Source: Azolla caroliniana
Taxonomy: Eukaryota; Plantae; Polypodiophyta
Assembly (NCBI GenBank): GCA_043228905.1
Contig: JBHGNT010000005.1
Span: 5,642,001 to 5,706,000 of the forward strand
Direction: 5' to 3'
DNA: 64,000 nucleotides
Of the stretch, positions 14,141 through 25,965 are shown one piece after another. Both the position numbers and the translations under genes were made by a program. Below the pieces are notes generated by a model. It was not told the DNA's origin and did not search any database. It was given only the letters and a program-made list of their open reading frames with translations. How positions within the stretch are numbered: position 1 is the stretch's first letter; each line of letters opens with the position of its first letter.

Positions 14141-15265
14141 AGCATCACATACCTTTGTTGAGCTTGTTTCTCAACAGTGTCCATGATAATGAAGAACATC
14201 TCTAGATATAGTGAGTGATGATGATTCAAGCCACCAAAGAACATTAGAGTGTAAGTTTTTTCCAATCCAACTCATGACCATAAGAGATGTTCATGTATGG
14301 TGCAAGATTGTTAGAGAAGAAAAGAAGTGCAAGGCTATATATTGCTTTTGCTTGCGTAAGTCCACCCATGAAGAGTTATGGTTCAAATGATGACATGTCA
14401 CAATGACTTAGAGAAAGGTGGTAAAAAATTTACTAGGACTAGATTGAACTCGAGATAGCTGAAGTAGTTGGAAAGTAACATGAGATGAAGGGCATTCACA
14501 TAGAGTCCATAATACAACGAGAGGCCACTATGTGATAACACCAATAACTTCCAGTGAAGTAATGGTTGTACGCTTGCATCAAGCTAGAGCTTTGTCTTTC
14601 TCTCATATTTGTGAGTGATTAGTTTTAAATTCTATTAAGAGAAACACTGATCACTCTTGGTATGTGTTTTGTGTGAATCATTTAATCAAAGCACCATTAG
14701 TCTTATAATGTCTAATCTATTTACTTGTGTATGTGTCTTAAGACATATTAAGTCTACATAAGACATTAGTGAGATTCTTAGTGAGGTTAATATCTTTGAG
14801 CGATTAAAGTGAGAGTTCAAAATATTAGAGTAATAATAGCGGTCCAAGACTGATTGACAACCACTCTCATCTAGATATACGAAAATCCAATTTATGATAT
14901 AACTTTGTTGGTATAAAAACTTGCACTTGGCGAGTACAATTGGAGTCCAACATCTTTTTGGCAACGTTGTTGGGTTCATTCCAAGTCTAAGTCTTGAAGT
15001 TGTTAACGAGCTTTTTGTAAAATCTTTATGAAAAGTTTACCTACACAATAGAGAAGGAAGCAAGGAGATTGAGGATCTTGTGGGTGTCGGAGTGAGTGAA
15101 GGTGATGTCATGAGTAGGCAAAACATCATAAGCTTAAGGTTGCCTTGAATCCATGACCTCCTAAAAGAAAGCACGTAACTTTAACCATTAGGCTACTCAA
15201 TATTATAATTTACTTTATCGTAAATTATAAACTTTATTATTATGATCATACTAATATCCAGAGGG

Positions 15266-15460
15266 TGTCATGACCCTACAATATTTCCAAGGAATGTCAA
15301 GACCCTATCCAACTTGGGTACATGTGACTAGTATATAAGCATGACACGTGTTGTTGTTTGAACAATTCCGGTTCAATGCCAGTCTTCGACGAATCTTCTA
15401 GTTGCCGCTCTTGTGTATTTCCTATATAATAAAAATACGTCCATTATCTCTCGTTATTCT
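15266..15460 (+). mobile_element. Truncated LTR fragment related to the element C LTR family
   Basis: Starts TGTCATGA after a purine run. TATATAA is followed by CCGGTTCAATGCCAGTCTT, matching the R region of the C-family LTRs. Confidence 0.45.
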
Positions 15461-17223
15461 CATTGGTTATAGTGCATGGTTGTTAACCATACGATCAGAG
15501 GTTCAAGCCCTCCTTGGATAGATTGCATAAAGAAAAGGTTCTTGAATGAGACTTCTCAAAATAGTCTCAATAATATTATATTAGGAAAACGTCATCACAT
15601 GAGATTTGTACCTATTAAACGAGAAGTTCTACATTTTAATTAATTGACCTAACCATTCTTGCTATATCTAACTTGGTTATAGAATATAAATGTTAAACTA
15701 TGAAAGAGAGGTTTTATGCTACCTATGCAGTGAGTCAAAGTTTAGCTAATGTTGCTTGCAATATCTAAGTTGGTTAAATATAGCATATAAATGTTAGAGG
15801 TTTTATACTACCTATGCCATAACTGAAAGTTTACCTAACATTGGTTGCAATATCTAAGTTGGTTATATAGCATATAAATGTTAGAAAGAGGTTTTATCAA
15901 TGTTTTTATGCTATGTTAGAAACAAGTTTTCTCAATATTAAGCAAGAAACGACTAAATTGACATTGCTTCAATAGTTCAGTTGGTTAAAGCGTATAACTG
16001 TTAACCATAAGGTCCTTGGAGTGATTGTATAAAGAAAAGTTTCTCACATGAGACTTCTCAACGTTGCTTCAATAATATTGTATGAACAAAATGTCATCAC
16101 ACCAGACTTGTACTTGTTAAAGAGAGAAGTCTTACATTTCAACTATTTGACGTAACTATTAAAAAAGACTAGTTTTCTTATAGTTGCTTCAATAGCTTAT
16201 TTGGTTAGAGTGTATGGCTGTTAACCATGAGGTTGGAGGTCTAAACCATCCTTGGCGCGATTTTATAAAGAAAGGGTAATTGCATGAGACTTTTCAACAT
16301 TGCTTCAATAGATTTGTTTGCAAGAGGATATAGATGTTAACCATAAGGTCGGAGGTTGAAGCCCTCCTTGAAGACATGGTATAAATAAAATGTCACACAT
16401 GAGACTTGTACCTATGTCGAGGATATATATGTTAACCATAAGGTTAGAGGTCGAACCTCTCCTTGAAGATATGGTTTAAATAAAATGTCATCACATGAGA
16501 CATGTACCTATCAATTGAGGATGACAAGTCTTATATTTTAACTTCTTGACTTGACCATTGTTGCAATACCTAAGTTGACCCAACCATTGTAGTAGTACCT
16601 AAGTTGGTTATAGGATATAAATGTCAACCACAAACGATGTCACCTATGTTTCTATCCTACATATGTCATAAGAGAACACACAAGCTTTAATTATTGTTGC
16701 TTCTGAAATAGCCCAATTCATTAAAGCATGTGGTTGTTAACCATAAGGTCAGAGGTTTCCTTGTAGCACGTGTCGATTATGTGTGTCGCATGGAAGCACT
16801 TCTATGAATCGATGGAGTTATACCCCCCGTTCATGTCGTTGGCCTAGGATCTAGACCGACGTATACCATTTTGGTGGCGAACCAGGTGGAGGTAGTTGTC
16901 AAATACATCCAAGCTACTAGCTTACTTAGCTTTTACCTATTAGTACTTAGTCTCTCAGTCCCTTGCTTTAATCTCTCTTACACAAAGAAGATATATTATC
17001 ATTAACACCACTTGTTAATATACAACTCGGTTTAATATCATACAAGAGGAGGAGATTAGGGTTCGACTTACTTAGCTCTTAACCCTAACCTCTCCTAATT
17101 CTAATGAAAGATTAAGGAGATAGAAGAGGAGCTCTTAATGTACTGATAGAAAAGGAGAAACTCTAAGAGTCAAGAAGAGCACAAGATGATGGTAGGTTAA
17201 TCTTTACATCGAAGGAAAATAAT

Positions 17224-18320
17224 TTGTTTAGGTTTTGTTTGCATAAAGAAGTGAGGGTGATTGCAAATGATGGATCAAATTGGGTCTTAGATCCGGATCC
17301 TCAAAAGGTGAATTCTTTTTGGAGGATTTGGATTATGGAAAGGAGACCAATATCTAGATTAACTTGGGATCCTAGAGAGCTGTGTTGGAAGGTCTGGGTA
17401 CAAGATCACACAAAATATGTGTTTTTTTTTCAATATTTTGTGAAGATTGGTAGGAAAATATTAGGCGCTAGATCATGGAAAGAACCAAATGCAAATGTTC
17501 TTTTGGAAACGAAATGGACTTTCCCCACAACATTTCAAACAATTTTGGAAATGGCTAAGGGGTATGAAAATGAGTAGGAAATTTGTTTGTTTCTGTTGGT
17601 TGTTGGTTCTTAAAGTTACACCAGTTAATGGGTGGCAAAAAGGAAATGTAAACAAGATGTGCCCTTTCTGTATGGATTTAATAAAGACCGCTAAACATTG
17701 TTTGTGGAGTTGTGGTTTTGCTATGGGCATATGGAAACGAATCATAAAATTATTAACTCTGGTATATCCTAGAGCAGTGTATACATGGGGAGCGGTATTA
17801 TGGGCGATGGTACATAATAAACCTATGGTATATGAACAAGAGACGTTTGTAGATGCTATTGTGATGACATATGGTTTGATGGAAAAAAAATTGATACCTT
17901 TGAATCCACAAATACAGACTAATAAACCTCAAATATGACAATTGGTAAGTAGTATTACAATTTGGAGGTATTTCAAAATGTGACTAAAAGACTTGGCCAA
18001 ATAATTTCGGGAATTTGGACAGAGATTGTGCATAATCTCAGAGGTTTGTTGGATAGTATAAAATGTAATACACACTAAATGGAGCTTAAGCTTTGGAGTT
18101 TCATGCCATCTGGGACATAGTATATCTTATAGACGGCTTTTTGATAAGGTAGAGTAGTTTTACTCAGCACCAAAGTATTTATTTAAGCCGATAGTTAGAA
18201 TTTAGAAAAATAAAGGGGATTTGTGGTATATATTGTATGTATAACCTTAAGTTGTTTTTTATGGGGTTTTCGAATACTAATGTAGGATCTGTTTTTTGGA
18301 AGAAAAAAAAACAAAAAGAG
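17224..18320 (+). mobile_element. 5'-truncated LINE fragment (zf-RVT-like C-terminus) lying inside the tRNA array
   Basis: ORF 17489-17938 has FCWLL...CPFC...KHCLWSCGFAMGIW, a cysteine/histidine pattern typical of the L1 ORF2 C-terminus. A-rich tail at ~18301-18317. Confidence 0.75.
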
Positions 18321-19199
18321 TCACGAAGAGCTTTCAAAGTCACCTTTAGGTGGTTTTTATAGTTTTTTAAGGTAAGTGTCTCCCTTTCACACTAGGTTGT
18401 CCACAAGCCTACATTATTTCTTCTTTGGTTTGTTCTATCCCCTTTTTTTCCTTAAATTAGGTGAGCTTGGTGTCTCATGTTTGCGCCACAATCTCCACAA
18501 CCAGTGTGCTGAGTGCCAGATACTTAATAGAGCAATTGGCTAAAGAAAAGGTTTTTGCATGAGACTTCTCAACATTGCTCCAATAGATCAAATTGTTATA
18601 GCATGTATACATTAACAGTAAGGTTAGAGATCCAAACCTTCCTTCGAGATATTGTCAAAAACAAAATGTCATCACACGAGATTTGTACCTATAAATTGAG
18701 GATTACAATTATGACATTTTAACTATTTGATCTAACCATTGTTGCGATACCTAAGTTGGTTATAGCATATAAATGTTAACTACCATAGAGGCGTTTTATA
18801 TTATCTATGGCATAAATAGCTTAGTTGGTTAAAGCATATGGCGTTAACCATAAGGCCTGAGGTTCAAGCTCTCCTTGGAACAATTGGCTAAAGAAATGGT
18901 TGTTGCATGAGACTTCTCAATATTGCTTCGATAGATCAGTTTGTTATATGTTATAGCATATTAGCTTAATCGTAAGGTCAGAGGTACAAACCCTCCTTCA
19001 AGGTATTGTATCAACAAAATGTCATCACACGAGACATTAGCTATAAATTGAGGATGACAAAATCCTCCATTTAAACTACTTGACCTAACCATGGTTGTAA
19101 TATCTAAGTTGGTTATAGAATATTAATGTTTTGAGAGAGATTTTACCAATGTTTTTATGGTACTATGTAATAAGGCAAGACACAACTTAGTTTAACATT

Positions 19200-19273
19200 G
19201 CTTCAATAGCTCAGTTGGTTAGAGCGTATGGCTGTTAACCATAAGGTCGGAGGTTCAAGCCCTCCTTGGAGCG
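19200..19273 (+). tRNA. tRNA-Asn(GTT), intact
   Basis: Full cloverleaf: acceptor GCTTCAA/TTGGAGC plus discriminator G, D stem GCTC/GAGC, anticodon stem TATGG/CCATA with loop CT-GTT-AA, T stem GGAGG/CCTCC with loop TTCAAGC. T4 run at 19291-19294. Confidence 0.93.
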
Positions 19274-19290
19274 ATTGGCTAAAGAAAAGG

Positions 19291-19785
19291 TTTTCTAGTG
19301 GAACCTGTGAACATTGCTTGAATAGATCAATTTGTCATAACATGTTGAGTTAAGAGTAAAGTTGGTGGTCTAGACCCTACTTCGAGATATTGTATCAACA
19401 AAATGACATTGTCATTACACAAGACATGTAGCTATAAATTAACGGTGAAAGTCGTCCATTTAAACTATTTGACCTAACCATGGTTGCAATATCTAAGTTG
19501 GTTATAGCATATTAATGTTTGAGAGAGGTTTTACTAGTTTTCTAGTGGAACCTATGAACATTGCTTGAATAGATCAATTTGTCATAACATGTTGAGTTAA
19601 GAGTAAAGTCGGTGGTCTAGACCCTACTTCGAGATATTGTATCAACAAAATGACATTGTCATTACACAAGACATGTAGCTATAAATTAACAGTGAAAGTC
19701 GTCCATTTAAACTATTTGACCTAACCATGGTTGCAATATCTAAGTTGGTTATAGCATATTAATGTTTGAGAGAGGTTTTACTAGT
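19291..19785 (+). repeat. Near-identical 247-bp tandem duplication inside the array
   Basis: 19291-19537 is repeated from 19538. The 247-bp offset holds at four landmarks, with only a few substitutions. Confidence 0.9.
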
Positions 19786-22501
19786 GTTTTTACACTACTA
19801 TGTAATAAGCCAAAACACCAGTTAAGCTAACATTGTTTCAATGATTTAGTTCGTTAGAGCGTATAATTGTTAACAATAAGGTTAGAGGTTCAAATCCTCC
19901 TTAGAGTGATTGCATAAACAAAAGGTTCTCGCATGAGACCCAACATTGCCTCAATAATGTTGTATAAACAAGAAGTTTTACATTTTAAATAACATTGCTT
20001 CATCACACCACACTTGTACTTACCTATTAAACAAGAAGTTTTACATTTTAAATATTTCCCCTAACCATTAATAAAGAAGCAATTAATATTTAGTTGCTTC
20101 AATAACGTAGTTGGTTAGAGTGTATGGTTGTTAGCCATATGGTAAGAGGTTCAACCCCTCTTTGGCGCGATTCCACATAGAAAATCTTCTCACATGAAAT
20201 TCTCGACATTGCTTCAATAGATCTGTTTGTTATCTTAGAGGTTAACCATAAGGTTGGAGCTCCAAGCCCTCCTTGCAGATTTTGTATAAATAATTACGTG
20301 AGACTTTTACCTATCAAATAAGATGACAAGCCTTATATTTAATTACTTGACCTAACCATTTGTAGTTATCACATATAAATGTTAAGCACAAGCAATCTCA
20401 TTTATTTTATATCGTATCTATATTATGACAACTATGCTATTGTTGCTTCAATAGCTCAATTGGTTAGAGCGTATGGTTGTTAATGATAAAGTCGGAGGTT
20501 GAAGCCCTCCTTGGAGTGATTCCATAAAGAAAAGGTTCTTGCATGAGAATTCTCAACCTTGCTCTAGTCAATTTGTTTGTTAAAGGATATAGAGGTTAAC
20601 CGTAAGCTCAGTGGTCCAAGCCCTCTGACGAGATATTGTATGAATAATCACGTGAGACTTTTACCAATAAATAAGGATGACATTCTTATATCTTGTTTGT
20701 TAGAGGATATAAAGGTTAACTGTAAGCTTAGTAGTCCAAGCCCTCTAACGAGATATTGTATGAATAATCACTTGAGACTTTTACCTATAAATAAGGATGA
20801 CATTCTTATATCTTGATGAGATATTGTATGAATAATCACCTAAGACTTTTACCTATAAATAAGGATGACATTCTTATATCTTAACTACTTGACCTAACCA
20901 TTGTTGCAATACCTAAGTTGGTTATAACATATAAATGTTAAGCAGATGCGGTCTCAACTATGTTTTTATCCTACCTATGTTATAAGAGTGTATGGATGTT
21001 GCTTCAATAGCTAAGTTGGTTAGCGCATATGGATGGTAACCATCAATTTGGAGGCTCAAGCCCTCCTTAGAGAGATTGGATAGAGAAAAAGTTATTGCAT
21101 GAGACATCTCAACCTTACTTCAATAGAACATTGCATATATATGTTAACCATAAGGTTGGAGGTGCAAACCCTCCTTCAAGATATTGTATAAACAAAATGT
21201 CATTACACAAGATTTGTACCTATAAATCGAGGATTACAAATCTGACATTTTCACTACTTGACCTACCCATTGTTACAATGTCTACGTTGGTTATAGCATA
21301 TAAATGTTAATCATCATAGAGGGGTTTTATGCTATCAATGCAGTTAGTTTATAACATTAGCTCGATTGGTTAGAGCATATGGTTGTTAACTATAAGGTTG
21401 GAGGTTCAAGCCCACTTTCGAGCAATTGGTTAAAGAAAAGGTTCTCGCATGAGATTTGTAAATGTCCGTACAATAATACTACATAAACAAAATATTTTTA
21501 TGTTTCAATAGCTTAGTTGGTTAGAGGATATTGATGTTTACCATGAGGTTGGAGGATATAGATGTTAACCATAAGGTTGGAGGTCAAAGCCCTCCTTGAA
21601 GATAACATATCGATAAAATTTCATCAAATGAGACTGTACCTATCAAGAGGATGACAAGCTTTACATTTTAGTTACTTTTATTGCAGTAAGTGAGATGGCT
21701 CACTATAAGCTAGTTAGAGTTGATGGTTGTTTAACCATAAGGTCCGAGGTTCAAGCCCTCCTTAAAGAGATTGGATAGGAAAAAGGTTTTTGCGGAGACT
21801 TTTTAACCTTGCTTCAATAGAGCATTTTGTTATACCATATATAGGTTAATTATAAGGTCGGAGATCTAGACTCCAAACCCTCCTTCGAGGTAATGAATAA
21901 ACAAAATGTCATCACATGCGACTTGTAGCTATAAATTGAGGATGGAAAATCTTACATTTTAACTACTTGACCAAACCGTTGTTACGATATCTAAGTTGGT
22001 TATAACATATAAATGTTAACATCGGAGACAAGTTTTATGCTACCTATGTTATGGTCAAAGTTTAACTAATGTTGCTTCAATAGGTCAATTGCTTAGAGCG
22101 TATGGTTTTCCATAAGGTCAGAGATTCAAGCCCTCCTTGGATTGATCGACTAAAGAAAAGGTTCTGACATGGGACTTGTCAACATTGCTTCAATACTATT
22201 TTATAAACAAGATGTCATCACGTTGTCGCGTTGTTACGCGCATGCGTGTAGAAGGGCAGGACCACGGGGGTCTTGGACTAGGGAGTGGAGGAGAAAGATT
22301 AGCTCAAGAGGAGAAGAGAACGAATATGACATTATGATAGAAGAAGAAGATGCAATCAAGATACTCAACAAGAAATTCTATTAAGAGATGAATGATTACA
22401 ACAAATGGTGGCCGCCATGGCCGCACCAAACGACTATATGAAAAACCCTAAAGGAAAACCCAAGAAGAAAACCCTAACCGAAACCCTAACCCTAACGCTC
22501 G

Positions 22502-22909
22502 ACCTATGTGGTATACCTCGCACACTCAAAATAGGCAACCCCCTCAATGGTGCCTTCTCTCTCCTTTTATAGCAGAAGGAGGGAAGACCGCTTACAAAAG
22601 TGAGACTAAAATATCCCCTTTCATTCAAAGGGGATATTTGCCTTGATTTGGGGGAGGGTGAGATTGATGGCCCCTTAACTCCCACCTCCTCACAAATAAC
22701 TAGGTACCTATGTGGTATACCTCGCACACTCAAAATAGGCAACCCCCTCAATGGTGCCTTCTCTCTCCTTTTATAGCAGAAGGAGGGAAGACCGCTTACA
22801 AAAGTGAGACTAAAATATCCCCTTTCATTCAAAGGGGATATTTGCCTTGATTTGGGGGAGGGTGAGATTGATGGCCCCTTAACTCCCACCTCCTCACAAA
22901 TAACTAGGT
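22502..22909. repeat. 204-bp tandem duplication present only in the 3' LTR of element A
   Basis: ACCTATGT occurs at 22502, 22706 and 22910. This explains the LTR length difference of 866 vs 660 bp (204 bp plus 2 bp of CT repeat). Confidence 0.92.
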
Positions 22910-25900
22910 ACCTATGTACCACATAGTACCTCTCTCTCTCTCTCTCTCTCGCGTGGATGTGCGTACAACCACATCACCTTTATACCTTTATTACTATTAC
23001 AAATACATTATGTACGTGTGCAACGTTGCACATCGCTCTTTGGCTCTCGCTGCTCGGGTTTTCGCTTGTGGACGAAAATCTTCATGACATCCGCCCCCAC
23101 CTAACCGCACATCCTCTGGTATGTGCCAAAACATAGGGGAGAGACCACGAGATTTTCGGCCACGATGACCGACCGAGTCCTTAGCGTCCTCGTGGACCCG
23201 CCCGGCTTTGTCTTCCACTTCGAGCAAGACCACCCCGTCCACATGAACCACCGCCGCCTTCCGGCCCACCATCCCCGCCGAATGGTCTCGAACCGTCGGC
23301 GCCATCCAATCCACCACGTCCACCGTGGGTCCTTGAACCACCGACTACATTCGACCCGCCGTATCCGATGCCCGTGCTTTCCTCCCCGTTCGGTCCTCCC
23401 GAACGCCGTCGCCGACCCGGTTGCTCTTCCTTTGTCCGCCTCGTATATCCCTCGGATGTGCTCCTGGTCGCATGCCGGATTCCGCCCTTTGCGTGCCGCA
23501 CACCTCGGCGTGCCGACTCTCTCCGCTCCGCGCTTGCCTTCCGTAGGCTTTCCCCGTATGTCGATGTTGCCCTCCGAATGCGTGCTCGTGCTTCGGTCCT
23601 TCGATGACCCCATGACGCGTTTTTCGCTTTCCCCTTTTTAGCCGTGCTCTCTCGTAGTAGAGCGTATCGTCATCCCGACCTCCGTGTCGGTGTCCCTCGA
23701 GGCTCTCGTTATCGCCTCGCCTCGACTTGTGCCCTCTTGGCCCGCTTGGCCTTGTATGCCCTCCGGGAAGCCGCCGCACTTTCTCTTCCCGGTGTGTACC
23801 CCGTTGTTCTCCGCGCATCTCCTCCGTTTTCCTAGATACGACTCTCCGCTCATGCTGATCGCGCTCGGCCCATGTCGTCGATCTTGGTGTTTCGCCGCAC
23901 CGTCCTTCGTCCCGCGCTTGCCTCTCGAAGGCTTGACCCGACCGTCATCGTTGGTCAATCGTTGTCGCCCATCCGCCGTATGCATGCTTGTGTCTTGGCC
24001 CTCCAGCGGCCGTATTGCATGCATCTCGTGTCGTGCTTCCGCTGTAGACCCGACCTCCGCGTCGGTCTCCAACTCCTCGCCGCCACCCACCGCTTCTTCG
24101 TTCTCCTTTCGATCCACGACCACCAATGCCTCACGGGTAGGTGTGGAGGGTTCCTCCCACTCTCGGTTCACCACCGAGTCCTCGCCTCTCAAAGGCTCAA
24201 TCGGTCCACCGTTTCCGGTCACTCGTTGACGCTCTCTCGGATGCATGCTCGCTCTTGGGCCCTTCACCGACCGTAGTGCATGCTTCGTGTTACGCCCTTC
24301 ATCCGTCGTAGACCCGACCTCTGCGTCGGCCACTTCTTCCTTTGTCACCGTAGCCTGTTCCGACCCGAGCTCGCCATCTTGGAACCGCTCGTCCATCATC
24401 TCATACCGGATACCCGCTCCGATAACTTTGTCCGCTTCAGCTTCCAACTCCTCGCCGCCACCCACCGTCTCTCCGGTCTCACGTTGATCCGCAACCGCCG
24501 AAGTCTCTAGAATGGGTGTGGAAGGTCCCTCTCACTCTCGGTCTTCTAGCAAGCCGTGATCACCGTGCCCACTAGGCCTCCTTCTCGCTCTTACCGGCTC
24601 CCATCGTAACCGTACCCGGCCGGCTACGAATCGATCAAACAATCCCGGTCTTGCCGGCTTCCTTCGGTTCGTGCCCGGTTGACCGGCCCCCGCTTCACTC
24701 TTCTTCCGCTCCGCCTCCCGGTCGGGTCGGATTACCGACCGACTCATCTTTTGGTCGGGTCGGTTCCCGACTTGCTCCTCGATGCCGCTCCGGACCTCTC
24801 CTTCGGTCTTTTCGCACGTTGTCGTGAAGAATTTCGGCCATAGGCGAAAACCGGGAAACATTGTCTACATCGGCGGGGTGCAGCGTGTGTACGCACCCAT
24901 GTACATTTGGTGTGAATATCGAGGGCGCCTTTATGGCGCCGAAGAGTAGTCAAGTCGGGACAGACGATCCCATGAAAGTCGGGATTTGTCCCACATTGTA
25001 AGGCGTCCCTCTCCTTGTTCTATAAAAGGGAGGGAACGCCCTTTGTAAAAGGGTTGCCCATTTTGGATTAGAGGGTATACCGGTAGGTTTAGGGTTAGGG
25101 TTCTTCTGCTTCTTCTTCTTCCCCTTCGTATTCGTTTAGGGTTGGCTGCAGCTTGTCTCCTGTGCAAGACCCCGCTCGGCGCGACGAGCCCGAGAGCTCC
25201 CCGACGGCGGCTTGACAGTAGACGACTGTTGTAAACTATCTTGGTCTGGCTCGAAGCCGGGAGTGTATTCTCTCTCTATATATATACATATATGTTTGCG
25301 TCTGTTTGTGTATATTGACGTCTTGTTGGTGTCGGGTGCTCCACTCCTTCCCTGCGTTTCCTGTACATAAGGGCGTGAGTCAGGTCGGGGTGTGTGTGCG
25401 TGTGTGTGCGTGAGTCGGTGTTAAGCACGCTCTCTCTCTCTCGCTCTCTCCCCCCCTTCGGTTGCTTCCGGTGTGTTTCTGAGATGCCCCAGAAGCCGTG
25501 AAGCACGACTTGCTACTGTCAGGAACTCTATTAAGGCAGAGAAGGAATTAGTACTAAAAGAAGGATTAGTACTATTGTTGGGGAATAGTACTAAGACAGA
25601 GAAGGATTAGTACTATGAGAGGTGTCGAACTTTGAGAGAAGGAATGAGTGAGTGAGAGAGAGAGAGAGAGAGAGAGAGAATGATGATGCGAAAGATATAT
25701 GTATTATATGACGGAAGATATACAACAGTAGTTAGAAGGCTTAAGACTGGCGTTGAACCGATTTGGTTCGAACTAATGCCTTGCGCCTCCTTTTATAGTG
25801 TCTTCAGGAATACTCCTGAAGTTTCTAGAATGTTCCAGAGAAATCTGGAATATACATCAATTTCCTAATAAAACCTAAATGAAAATAATATCCTTCAAAT

Positions 25901-25965
25901 TACAACTCATAACCTAATGGTAAAGTCTCGACCCGTGTAACAAAAGGTTATGGGTTCGAGTCTAG

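Larger units (their letters stand above)
15463..22223 (+). repeat. tRNA-Asn-derived higher-order tandem array, left block
   Basis: Degenerate tRNA-Asn copies start near 15463, 15966, 16186, 16699, 18813, 19200, 19835, 20096, 20445, 21001, 21355, 21503, 21710 and 22074. Each is followed by conserved spacers and more decayed tRNA-like subunits. Interrupted at ~16.8-18.5 kb. Confidence 0.9.

Noticed and set aside
9315-14146. TSD of the copia element (GTGTC vs GCATC, possibly both from GCGTC by CpG decay)
   Set aside because: It requires two mutations and an imperfect LTR end, so it is not solid enough to call.
15463-22223. Additional functional tRNA genes in the array
   Set aside because: Every copy examined other than 19200-19273 has broken stems, an altered anticodon loop or deletions.
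25083-25102. Interstitial telomere
   Set aside because: Only 2-3 units, and they are a fixed part of the LTR.
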